This document shows, in pieces, positions 1 to 11,699 of a DNA stretch of 64,000 bases. The notes under the pieces were generated by a model. The model was given only the letters and a program-made list of their open reading frames with translations. It made no database searches and was not told the origin of the DNA. The stretch is from Isurus oxyrinchus. Taxonomy: Eukaryota. A program made the translations under genes and the position numbers. Where the stretch lies: positions 172,174,001 through 172,238,000 of the forward strand of contig JANJGN010000004.1 in the NCBI GenBank assembly GCA_026770705.1, given 5' to 3'. The number at the start of each line of letters is the position of its first letter. Position 1 is the first letter of the stretch.

Positions 1-409
1 CTGCCCATCCCACGAATGGGATGAGGTTTCCACAATTAAGTAAAAAAATAAATATAATTATTTGGGCAGAATTTTTATTCTGTTCATTTTATTATAAGTG
101 AGTCATATGTCGTGACATTTTTTTCAGATTTTAAAAGTCTTCATTTTTGATTTTAAAATTGTTCAGCTCCCTGCCTTCAGGGGGCTTTCAGTTCACGCTC
201 CCCTGCACATGCGCAGACTTTAGTGCTCGAACGCCTCCCGCTTCCTGCACCCCCCACCCCCCCACCCCACCCCAGCAGCACTGAGGTCTTCACACACGCC
301 GTTAGTTGGCCAGCCAGCATGAAATCGTGGTCAGGGGCTGATTGCGGGCAGCGGACCATTACCCAGCCACTCCCGGGTCCGCTCGCCTGGCAACCCAAAA
401 TTCCTGCCC
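1..409. mobile_element. Right part of a non-autonomous PIF/Harbinger-type MITE (truncated by window start)
   Basis: Ends in AAAATTCCTGCCC (rev-comp GGGCAGGAATTTT), the same TIR type as 20524-21236; shares GGGATGAGGTTTC and CATGCG blocks with that element. Confidence 0.6.
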
Positions 410-1215
410 TGGGTTTCTGGGCCAATGTATCCTTTCTGATCCTTAGGGGTTGTTTTGTTCAGTTGTTCAAAACTGGTCTGAAAGAAATTCCCCATCATTT
501 GAGGAGTCTGTTTTATGCAAACAAGGATTAAGTCTTGACCTCACCATGACCCACAGTCCTTCAAGCTATTAAATATGTTTAATTAGTTATGTAGCATATT
601 TGGACAGTCCTCAGGGCAAAAGCAAAGCTATTGTACTGAACAAAGAGGTCAGTGCTGTATTATATTTCATCAGGGAAGCCTATCAAAGCACAATGGTCTG
701 ATAAATATATAGCACACAGGAACGATGTCAGATGAAGTGAGTAGAATGGACGCAAACACTATAAATTTGAAGTCAGTGCTATGTAATGCCACAGTAATTA
801 AAAGACAATTCATGGATAGTCCAATAAAACGTACCACAAAGTCTGCCGCCACCCAATTTGTTTACTTTCCACTGCTGCTATCTCAGTTATAAAGCACTAT
901 TAGTAGGAACTGAATTTCTCTTTGAAGATTAACCTTCAAAGGGAAAAAAATCCAAGAGCCAAATGCACAGCATGAGACAGCACCTCAACACAGGATTGTG
1001 CATTATAATTAACACCGACTTAACTGATGCAACTGAATCTACAATTGCTTGGCTCTTACAATACTTTTTAAAAAAATTCCACCAACCATATTTCTCTTCT
1101 GAACTGAAGGGGTTCTTGATTCTTCTTCCTTTTGAAGATCAATCTTCAAAAAGGATCATGCAAGGGTCACATGCTTCATGCTGAATATATCATCAGCATA
1201 GAGGGACATTTAGAT

Positions 1216-2213
1216 GGGTATCTTCATAAATAATAATTCCATTTATATTTATAGTGATAGTTATTGCATATAAAACTACAGTGGCTGTGAATTTGGTCAG
1301 GATTGCTTTTTAGTCTTCAATTTTGTCTTGTTCTATGTTTACTTAATCTTTTCCTTTATTTCACAAGTCGATCCTTTTGTGAATTGTCAGATTCAGTAGC
1401 AGGGAAAAGTGATCCTTAAAAGTTATCATCCATCGGTCCACCTTGTACTTGTTCAAAAGTGTGCAGTTAGAATTGTAAAGAGCTATTGAAACAGAGGATG
1501 CTAAATTCTAGCCTACATAAAGTTTAAGATCGATGGTGGGGGTGTGGGGGGTTGGGGTTGGGGGAAAGGGGTAGGGCAGTCACCAACAGGATTGTATGAT
1601 CTTCCTCACTTCATGCTCAACTTGGTCTTTATTGGACCAGTTCTGAGTTATTTGTCTAACTTCATTGATGCTAGCCAGTGTCCTAGCCAATACTTATCCC
1701 ATAGCCAATATCTGGAAAAACAGATTACAACAGTGAACACACTTCAAAATAAGTATTTCATTAGCTTTGAGGCATCCAGTTTTGTGAAAAGCACTATATA
1801 AATGCAAGTCTTTTTTTTTCTTTTCTTGTATTTATTTAATTGCTGTTTGTAGGAGTTTGCTGTGTACAAAATGCATGTGACGCTTCCTATGTTACAATAA
1901 TCACTGCACTTCAAAAAGTACTTCCTTGCCATCCTCTGTTTTAATAGCTCTTTAAAATTCTGACTGCATACCTTTGAGCAAGCACTACATAGATGAATGG
2001 ATGATAACTTTTAAGGATCACTTTTACCTGCCACTGAATCTGACAATTCACAAAAGGATCGACTTGTGAAATATAGGAAGAAATTAAATAAAAATACAAC
2101 AAGACCAAATTGAAAACTCGAAAGCATCCTGGCCAAATTCACAGTCACTGCATTTTTATATGCAATAACAATGACCATAAATATAAATAGAATTATTATT
2201 TATACAGATACCC
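1216..2213. repeat. Long inverted repeat, arms ~1216-1500 and ~1930-2213, spacer ~430 bp
   Basis: Arms are reverse complements along their length; 41-bp perfect core 1357-1397 vs 2033-2073. Confidence 0.9.
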
Positions 2214-2390
2214 CTGAGTCAAAATTCTGGAACTCCCTCCCTAAAAGCAGTGTGGGTATATTTATAGCACATTGACTGCAGTGGTTCAAGAAGATGGATC
2301 ATCACCATCTTGTCAAGGGCCATTTGGGATGGGCAATAAATGCTGACCTAGCCAGTGATGCCCACATATCATTCATAACATTTTAAAAAG
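2214..2390 (+). mobile_element. 5'-truncated 3' end of APE-RT LINE family B
   Basis: Matches the 3' end of the LINE at 55440-58003 (TGGAACTCCCTCCCT...CAAGGGC...GGGATGGGCAATAAATGCTG). Confidence 0.85.
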
Positions 2391-2934
2391 CATCCCACGT
2401 TCTAAATATAGTGAAACACCTCGATGTGAGTAAGAATAAATGTCAATTTGACTTTAAAACTTTGGATTTAAAATTCAGTCTCAAGGCAACAGGTGATGTT
2501 GCTGACATCTTTGGTTGGCATTAAAGAAGGCCTTTTCTCTATTGTCTGGGTATCTAGCAAGTTTAGGCCAAGTTAACTTTCACTAACACCTGAAGTATCA
2601 ATGCCAATTAAAATCCTGGGTTGGGAGCCGTGACACAGATAGTTATTAACATTGCATCTTTTATAGCAGATTCCCGATCTCCCTTTCATATCTCATGGAC
2701 AAAAAGAAATATTCCTCTATGATATATTCCTCTAATTTTTTCTTTGCTATTTCCCTATTTTCTAATTTGTTTTACGTTCTCGTTTGCTGGCTTCTCTTTT
2801 TCTATGTTTGGCCCATACCATTCTGTTGCTATGATGTCTGTATCTAGGATATTATCTGACCCTATATAACGTTGTGCTTCCTTCGGTTACCTCTCTCTTC
2901 TTTAAGCCTCTGTAGTGACGGAGATTAATAATCT

Positions 2935-3110
2935 AGGAATGAAATGTAAGAACCAAAGAAACAGGAGCAGGACTAGGCCATTTGGCTCATCAAACCTGTT
3001 CCCCCATTCTTCTACCTCAATATACCTTCTCGCACTATCCCAATAACTCTGAATTCCCTAGGTATTCAAAACTCTAATCCATATCTGTCTTGAATGTACT
3101 CAATAACTGA
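2935..3110 (-). mobile_element. CR1 LINE 3' end fragment
   Basis: AGGAGCAGGA..AGGCCATT tail signature shared with other CR1 3' ends in the window. Confidence 0.6.
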
Positions 3111-3384
3111 TAATCAGTTCCTCTTAGCTTCTGGAACACTGCTGCTACTTACTACATGCGTGTCAAGTTAAGAGAAGCTTGGCTGCTAACTGGCAAAAGA
3201 AATTGAGATTGAAACTCATTCACTGGATCACTAAAACCCAGTCCTTCTCATTTCTTCAGCAAAGTAGAAATATTGTGAAGCTAAAAATATAACCAGCTGA
3301 GCTAAAATACCCATGGACAGGTCAAAACCAAAGTCATTCCTGCACGTAGGTCTGAAAACTATCAGCGCCCAAGGCCCAGATGAA

Positions 3385-4204
3385 CAATTACTTGCCCACA
3401 TCCCTGGGTATGTCCTGTCCCACCGGCAGGACAGACCCAGCAGAGGTGGTGGTACAGTGGTATATGGTCGACAAGGAGTTGCCCTGGAAGTCCTCAACAT
3501 CAGCTCCGGACCCCATGAAGTCTCGTGGCATCAGGTCAAACATGGGCAAGGAAACCTCCTGCTGATTACCTCACAGTGTCCTCCCTCAGCTGATGAAACA
3601 GTGCTCCTCCATGTAGAACATCACTTGGAGGAAGCACTGAGGGTGGCAATAGCACAGAATTTACTCTGGGTGGGGGGCTTCAATGTCTGTCACCAAAAGT
3701 GGCTCAGTAGCATCACTGCTGACTAAGCTGGCCGACACCTAAATAACATAGCTGCTAGACTGGGTCTGTGGCAGGTGATGAGGGAACTAACAAGAGGGAA
3801 AATCATACTTGACCTCATCCTTAGCAAACTGCCTGCCACAGATGCATCTCTGTCCATGACAGTATTGGTAGGAGTGACCACCACACAGTCGTTGTGGGGA
3901 CGATGTCCCGCCTTCACATTGAGGATACCCTCCATCGTGTTTTGTGGCACTACCACTGTGCTAAATGGGATAGATTTTGAACAGATCTCGCAACTCAAGA
4001 CTGGGCATCCATGAAGCGCTGTGGGCAGCAGCAGAATTGTACTCGAACACAATCTGTCACCTCATAGCCCAGCACATCCTCCACTCTCCCATTATCATTC
4101 AAGAAGGCAGCTCACCACCAATTTCTCAAGGGCAACTAGGGATGGGCAATAAATGCTGGCCCAGCTAGCGAAGCCCACATCCTGTGAATGACTACAAAAA
4201 AAAA
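3385..4204 (+). mobile_element. LINE family B: APE endonuclease remnant joined to the 3' tail (internal deletion)
   Basis: IPGYVLSHRQDRPSRGGG, WVGGFNVCH and TRGKIILDLIL APE motifs; jumps at ~4097 to the conserved 3' tail and A-run. Confidence 0.85.
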
Positions 4205-4234
4205 TCCATCCTCCCTCAGGGGCCTTGAGCCTTA

Positions 4235-6620
4235 GACTCATAGACATTTACAGCACAGAAGGAGGCCATTCGGCCCACTGTGTCCATGCCGTCCTTCCTA
4301 TAATGTAATGACCAGAACTGCACGCAGTACTCCTGTTGTGGCCTAGCCAGTGTTTTATACAGTTCCAGCAGAACCTCCCTGCTCTTGTATCCTATGCCTT
4401 GGCTAATAAAGGCAAGTACCCCGTATGTTTTCTTAACTACCTTATCTATCTGCCCTGCTACCTTCAGGGATCTGTGGATAGGCACAGTCAGGCCCCTCTG
4501 ATCTTCAGTACTTTGCAAGGTCCTACCATTCATTGCGTAATCCCTTGCCTTGTTAGCCCTCCCCAAGTGCATTACCTCACACTTTTCCAGGTTGAATTCC
4601 ATTTGCCACTGCTTTGCCCACCTGACCAGTCCATTGATATCCTCCTGCAGGTTGTGCCTAACCCATTCAGTATTTACCACCCTACCAATTTTCGTGTCAT
4701 CCACAAACTTCTTGATCATACCCCCTACATTTAAGTCCAAATCATTTATGTACACCATAAACAGCAAGGCCCTAGCACCAAGTCCAGCAGAACCCCACTG
4801 GAAACAGACTTCCAGTCACAGAAACATCCCTCTACCATTACCCTCTGCTTCCTGCCTCTCAGCCAATTTTGGATCCAATGTGCCACTTTGCTTTGGATCC
4901 CATGGGCTCTTACTTTCTGTAGTCTGCCATGAGGGACCTTATCAAAAGCTTTGCTAAAGTCCATGTCCACCACATCAAATGCATTACCCTCATCAACACT
5001 CCTGGTTACCTCCTCAAAAAATTTGACCAAATTTGTCAAACATGACCTTTCCTTAACAAATCCAAGCTGACTATCCCTGATTAATCTGTGTCTCTCCTAG
5101 TGCAGATATATTCTGTCCCTCAGAATTCTTTCTAGTAACTTCCTCACCACCGAGGTTAAACTGACTGGCCTGTAATTTCCTGATTTATTCCTTCCTCCCT
5201 TTTATAATAATGGGACAACGTTAGCAGTCCTTTAGTGCTCTAACACCTCACCTGTGGCCAGAGAGGATTTCAAAATTACTGCCAGGGCCCCTGATATCTC
5301 TTCCCTTGCCTCCCTCAACAGCCTGGGATACATCTGGGCCTGTGGATTTATCCACTTTTAAGGCCACTATACACACTAATACCTCCTCTCTCTCTATGTT
5401 AATTTCCTCTAATATTTCACAGTCCTCCACCCTAATGTCTATATCCGCGTTGTCTTTTTCCATTGTGAAGACCGATGCAAAGTAGTCAATGAGGACTGCA
5501 CCCACGTCTTCCGGGTCCACGCACAGATTACCTCTATGGTCCCTAATTGGCCCTATTCTTTCCTTAGTTATTCTCTTGCTCATTACATATTTAAAAATCC
5601 CTTTGAGTTTTCCTTTATTCTACCCACCAATGCTTTCTCATGCACTCTCTTTGTTTTCCTAATTTCCTTTTTAAGTTCCCCTCTTCACATTTTTCCACTC
5701 CTTTAAGGACTCTGCCGTATCAGTATCTGCCATAATCTCTTTTTCTTAATCATAACATTTATGTCCTTTGACATCCAGGATTCTCTGGACTTGATCTCCC
5801 CCCCCCCACCCCCCTTGTCTTTACAGGAACACATTTGCCCTGAACTCTCGCTATTTCCTCCTTGAATGCCTCCCATTGCTCTGACACAGTTTTATCTGCA
5901 AGTAGCTGCTCCCAGTCCACTTGGGCCAAATCACATCTCATCTTAATAAAATTAGCCTTTAACCCCAGTTTAGAACTTTTATTCCCAGCCCAACTTCATG
6001 CTTTTCCATAACTATCCTAGATCTAACTGAGTTATGGTCATTACCTCCAAAGTGCTCCCCATCTTATAAGCCTTCCACCTGCCTGGGCTCATTTCCAAAT
6101 GTTATGTCCAGAACAGCTCCCTCCCTTGTTGGGCCTTTGACATACTGACCAAAAACATTCTCCTGGATGCAACCTAGAATTTTGCTCCCTCCCTCTCTTG
6201 CACACAAACTATTCCAGTTAATATTTAGGTAGTTAAAATCCTCTCCTATTACTGCCCTATTATTCTTACACTTTTCTGAAATTTGATTACATATTTGATC
6301 CTCTATCTCTCCCTGACTGTTTGGGGGCCTATAGTACTTACCCAATATGTTTGCCTCTTTTGTGTTTTTTTCTTCTGCCCATATGGCTTCATTTGATGAT
6401 CCTTCAAGATATCATCCCTCCTCACTGCTATAATTGATTCCTTGATCATTATTGCAATCCCCGCTCCGCTTCTATGCCCCTCTCTATCTTGTCTGAATGC
6501 CCTATAACCAGGAATGTTGAGCTGCCAATCCTGCCCTTCATTTAGCCAAGTCTCGGTCATAGCTATGATATCATACTCCCACCTGCCTATCTGTGCCCTC
6601 AACTCGTCTGTTTTATTCCT
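4235..6620 (-). mobile_element. CR1 LINE, decayed ORF2 (endonuclease + RT)
   Basis: YDIIAMTETWL, YYRPPNS, DFSKAFDKVPH, YINDLD..KFVDDTKIG, RPQQEYCVQFWS; frameshifts and stops; deletion near 4290. Confidence 0.95.
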
Positions 6621-6991
6621 TTGTCAGCTTTGACTCCATTCAAATTCCAGCAGTGAAGCTAAAGGCAACTCAAAGCCCTTGAGAGTGAAAGAGTAGGCCT
6701 GTGTAGGAGACATGTATTGGTAGCTTGGGTATGTTTAGTTAATTTTTCTCAAACTGTCTGATTTATTTACATGCATGCAACAAATGTTATTTTTAGAAGA
6801 GTTTAATGAAACAGCGAGAACCTCCAGAATAAGCTTGATTTCTTTTTCTAGGGATTGATCACTGGTAATATTTTAATGAATGGGAATGATTATGATGTTT
6901 TTGACTTTTTTTAAGTTGCCTGCTTGGTTCAACCATGCAATTGATGAAAAGCAACCTCAACTTGCTTTGTGGCTTACATATATTCTTCACA

Positions 6992-7241
6992 GAGATAAAA
7001 ACATAAAACTGCGGATGATGGAAATCCAAAACAAAAACAGAATTACCTGGAAAAACTCAGCAGGTCTGGTAGCATCGGCGGAGAAAAAAAGAGTTGACGT
7101 TTCAAGTCCTCATGACTCTTCAACAGAACTAGATATCTAGTTCTGTTGAAAAGTCATGAGGACTCGAAACGTCAACTCATTTCTTCTCCGCTGATGCTGC
7201 CAGACCTGCTGAGTTTTTCCAGGTAATTTTGTTTTTGTTTT
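6992..7241. mobile_element. Penelope-like element pseudo-LTR fold-back palindrome with 14-bp TSD
   Basis: Arms ~7028-7134 and 7135-7240 around CTAGATATCTAG; TSD ATATATTCTTCACA at 6978-6991 and 7242-7255; same sequence family lies downstream of the GIY-YIG remnant at 26835-27657. Confidence 0.88.
7139..7177 (+). ncRNA. Minimal type I hammerhead ribozyme-like motif (variant core CUGUUGA); mirrored on - strand at 7092-7130
   Basis: AGTT-CTGTTGA-aaagtcatgaggactc-GAAAC-GTC-AACT: helix I AGTT/AACT, helix II AGTC/GACT, loopless palindromic helix III (ACGT). Confidence 0.65.
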
Positions 7242-7828
7242 ATATATTCTTCACACTTTTTTCCCCTTCAACAATGAACTGCCCCCAGTCAGCATGAAGC
7301 AAAGGTTCTCCAGTCTTTGACATCCAATGGGGTTGACATCCAATGGCATTCAACGGTATTAAAATAGTGACTTCTCATCTAGCCTTCTTAGCCTGTCCTC
7401 CTGGTAGGATGTTCTGAATCAAAACATGGTTTCACATCTGTTTTTCCTTACACAAAGAAGTGGAAAGGCACAGTTTTCTTACAAACCTGAATTTCAGAGC
7501 AAGATTACTGTAGGGGTGGGGATAAGGCTGAAGGAGGTTGCAGAGTGAAGAGGAAATGAACAGTTATTTTGGAAGACAAATACAATTGGAACAGAGATGA
7601 CAGTTATCAAATGCAACACTGTCATATCATATGACATATGACATCCTTATCAATGACAGTGAGGCTGAACTACTAAAATAGGACACATTTAAACACTTGG
7701 GCAATACGGACACTCCAAAAGCTGCAAAATAGATTTTGCTGTACATTGTCTATGTCCCCCTTATATACCTAAGAGGTAAACTGAATCCTAGAAATTACAT
7801 TTGGTGATGTTAATGAATAAAAACTAAC

Positions 7829-8950
7829 GGCCCAGATTTTTGCTGAGTCTCCATTACTCAGCAGGACCTTTAGGAATGGTGGGCGGGACCTGGATGCACA
7901 AGTTCCGGTACCACTTCCAGCAGGTCACATTTTTGCCGGCAGGGCGTGAATCACACAGACAGGATACACAAATCTGCTAGGCCATTTGAAATCAGTGCTG
8001 AGTTCAAACAGACCCCGTTTTTGCTGTTCCAAGGACCTTAACCCGCAGTTTGGGAACTACAATTTCATGGAAGAGGCATAAACACTTGTGAAGGGTGGAT
8101 TTAAGGTGTATGTAAATGCTATGATTTAAAGTGATTTAAATCCCCAGTTCTTTAAAAAAGTCTCTAGATATTACTTAGAGAAAAAAATTCACCCACTACT
8201 GGAATGCATTGATTGACAGGCCATCTGCTGTAGCTTAGAAACACTGTTTTGCAATTTCAATGAACTCCATTGTTTACATTTCTTAAGTTTCATTGTTATA
8301 GCTGAGCCCATTATGAAAATTTGGCTGATTGCAAAAGGTCCAGAACCACTTATCTCAGCAGGGGGCTGCGAAAACATTTTGACTGACAGTTTTAAGAGGT
8401 TATGAAAAGATTAGCTGTCTTTCATGCAATTAATGAAATAGATGCTTGTTTGTTTTTACAATGGATTGACCACTGGAGTTTTATGAAGGAGAGTTCAATT
8501 TCAGTATCAAGTGTATTGGAGTGAGACCTCAATTGGATTGTTAAAAGTTTACTCTTTTCATTTCTGTCTGGTTCCTGAGTTCTTCACAGCATAGATACTG
8601 GGTGAGTAGCTATGGAATGTACAAAAGGGGCATGAAAGGAGCATGGAGTATGTGAGGAGGGCATGGGGAAATGAGAGGGCATAGTGATATGAGGGGTTGA
8701 GGGGTGAAGGCAAGATGGCCTCAAAGACATTAGCACAACTGTGCCAAAGTCTCCAAGAACTGCCGCAGGCCCTCTAACTGGGTCTTCTAACCTCAGCACT
8801 TGTCCACTTCCATGGCTACCTCTGAACTGCTGCTGGAGTTGAGGTGCATGACTCCATCCTGCCCCCACATCCCCGGAATGAAAGTATGGTCTGCTGGATC
8901 ATGAAGCTTCCCAACTTGACCTTCCCACCTTCTCCATGAAAATCTGGTCC
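7829..8950. mobile_element. Putative non-autonomous Harbinger-type DNA element
   Basis: Termini GGCCCAGATTTT and AAAATCTGGTCC (11/12 inverted match); flanks AAC/AAT could be a decayed 3-bp TSD; may be a composite. Confidence 0.5.
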
Positions 8951-9261
8951 AATGCCTCCAAAGGACCTTTCTCAGTTTGTTGGTTTAGTCTGTTTAAATA
9001 AGTTAATGCTGCCAATAAATTGGTGTTAGAGGAAAGTCACAATATATGTTTGCCCATTCATATCGCCAGTAGTAATTTCCAGCTTGAAATGTTTGCTAGC
9101 TATTTGTTTGTCAAATGAGTTTGTGGCTGATTTGTTGGAGAGAATTTTGAGTTTTTGCGGGCAGGCGTATTCGGCAGGCCCAGGATTGGCTGGGAAATGG
9201 ACCGCCACCCGCAATTGGCTCCTGATTGTGATTTCAAGCTGGCAGACCAATTAAGGCCCAC

Positions 9262-10997
9262 CCTGCATGAAATGCGACTCCTCCTGGGGGAGGTGGCTGC
9301 CAGGAGGGACTCCCTTGTCAGCAGAGTTGCGAGGTAAAGGCCACCGCGCCTCACAAAGAGGGTATGGGGGGAGGTTGCAGCACTGGTTAGCAGCCATGAC
9401 GTGGTGCAGAGCACACGGGTGCAGTGCCAAAAGGGGTTCAATGACCTGCTGTGCTCAGGAAGGGTGAGGGCCATGTTGGCATAGGTCAGTAGGCAGAGGA
9501 CCTCGGAGCTGCTACAGTCTGAGTGCTAACTGTCAATGACGCCAACGCTGGCAAAGGGGGTGAGCCCTGGCTAATTGGACCAAGTGCCTTGTGGCACAAG
9601 GGCCACAGCTTGGATGTACCTTGTGAGGTGTTCCTCAGCTGCGGTTGGCCAGGCTTCAAAGGCGCTGCAGGCAGAGAGTGGACTAATCAATGTTCCTCGG
9701 TCCTTTCAGAAGATGAGCCAGACTAATCAGAGAAGTCACATACAGGTGGAGGCCCACTCAACCTCCTGCTGCTGACCAGGTTTGAGCAGGACACCCTGGA
9801 GCTAGAGAGCTGGAAAGGTGTGGAGAGGCAGGAGTGCCAGACAAAGGTAAAAGTGCAGTGCTCAGAGGTGAGAATTTCAGATTGTGTAACCATTTTAGTG
9901 TAGGCTCTTCATTGATGGGAACCTCAAACCTTCAGTTCCCATTGATCATTGAAAGACGATGGCACCATGATGCAGATCTCTATTGTCTCACCAGGGTGCC
10001 TGTCATGCACAGTGACAATGTGATGACTCTAACTAATGACATCTCCTTGTTCTCCCTTAGGTTCACCAGCACACACTCAATCTCTGGAACCCAAAGGGCC
10101 ACCTCTGATGCTGGAGGATCACCAGGCTTCATTTGCACCTGCGTCACGCCCGCTCTCTGAACCAGGCACCAGCACCATGGTGGGCATTAGATTGGCAGCA
10201 AGAATGTCCGTGCACATTGGTGAGGACACGTCAAAGACGCTTGAGGTGCAGGTGGAGGCAGAGAGTGCCCAAGGCGCCGACAGTCGGAGGGCTGCTGGGG
10301 ACCAGGATGATGCTCAGTCGAAGGCAGATTATGAGCCACTAGAGTCATTCATTAGGCTGCAGATGCTGGATGTCCAGTGGGATTTGCTGGAGAACCTGGC
10401 AGAGATCCATGAGGGTCTGTGTGCCACGGTCTCAGTTGTGGAGGATTCAATGCGGAGCATGAGCACCGCGTTGACCCTCATTGCCGAGTGCATTGCCTCT
10501 TTCATTGAGCGTGTGGAGACTCTCATGGAGAGGCAGCTCGAGGGACAGAATCACGGGTTCCTGGGGTTGCGCTCGGACCTGCAAGCCCTCACCCAGGCAA
10601 TGACCTCAGGTGGTCAGAGCCAGAGTTGGAAATGGATGAGGCACCCAGTATCCCAGCTAGGTGCCTGTCCACCAATGGTGAGCATGGAGGTCCATGTGAC
10701 CTCACGTTGGCGCATGAGCTGCTTGTTGTCCCTGCGGGCTCTTCTCAGGGTGCTCAACAGCTCCTCTGTCCCTTAGCCAGCGACCGTGGTATCTGATGAG
10801 GCTGCGATGACTGGGGACATGCCAACCATGGCAATGTCCACTCCCTTTCAGGTGGGGCCAGCACAGGCTTCATTGGCCAGGCGATGACCACCAAGGTCAT
10901 CAAGGCCACAAGACAGCAGAGTCAGCAGGCTGCCTCCAATGCCAGGGGCGGGGCACCAAGATGTAGCACTTGGAAACATAAGTTAAAGCCACCATGA
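9262..10997 (+). pseudogene. Harbinger Myb/SANT-like DNA-binding gene, 3 exons (~9262-9463, 9710-9846, 10061-~10997), disrupted
   Basis: VWGEVAALVSSHDVVQSTRVQCQKGFNDLL then GT at 9464; TTTCAG acceptor 9709, TGGGP..LTRFEQ linker, GT at 9847; CTAAC branch point and TCTCCCTTAG acceptor 10060; helical exon 3 (ORF 10036-10776). Confidence 0.8.
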
Positions 10998-11102
10998 GCA
11001 CAAAAGGGACCGTTCACCAGTGATTTTCTGTTCATTTATGTTTGGTTTGTATGTCAACTGGTGTGGACATCAAAACCAGTGATGTCATTATGCATTCAAT
11101 TC

Positions 11103-11420
11103 AAACAGCACCTTCCAAACCCATAACCCCTATCATCTAGCATGACAAAGGCAGCAGATAGATGGGAACACCACCACCTGGAAGTTCCCCTCCAAGTCAC
11201 TCACCACCCTGACTTGGAAATATGTCACTGTTCCTTCACTATCGCTGGGTCAAAATCCTGGAACTCCATTCCTAACAGCACTGTGGGTGTACCTACACCA
11301 CATGGACTTCAATGGTTCAAGAAGGCAGCTCATTACCACCTCACCAAGGGCAAGTAGGGATAGGGAGTAAATGCTGGCCTAGCCAGCGATGCCCACATCC
11401 TGTGAATGAATTTTTAAAAA
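11103..11420 (+). mobile_element. LINE family B 3' fragment nested in the Harbinger
   Basis: WEHHHLEVPLQVTHHPDLEI..SKSWNSIP..GLQWFKKAAH C-terminus plus tail. Confidence 0.9.
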
Positions 11421-11699
11421 GTGATGATAACATTAAATTTGCTTTGGTTCTGATGGCCTGAGTATGCTTAACCTTTTACCTTTTTTTCTTTCTGGGTATG
11501 CCAGCGTGTAATGCTGGACATGAGTGGCTGGATTCTTGATTGCACAGGCACTGAGTGGACTTTGGGTGTAAACAAAAGGGTCATTTCAGACATCCGGGAT
11601 GGAGGCAGCAGCCCTGGCATGAGGCGGAAGCAGATCTTTGGCAGTCTAGCTGAAGGCATCAAGGCATCCCTGGTGTCCCTGCCTCCCTGGAGGTTAATG

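Noticed and set aside
10036-10776. Longest ORF (246 aa) as a host gene
   Set aside because: Lies inside the Harbinger TIRs behind a splice acceptor; it is exon 3 of the transposon Myb gene and upstream exons are disrupted
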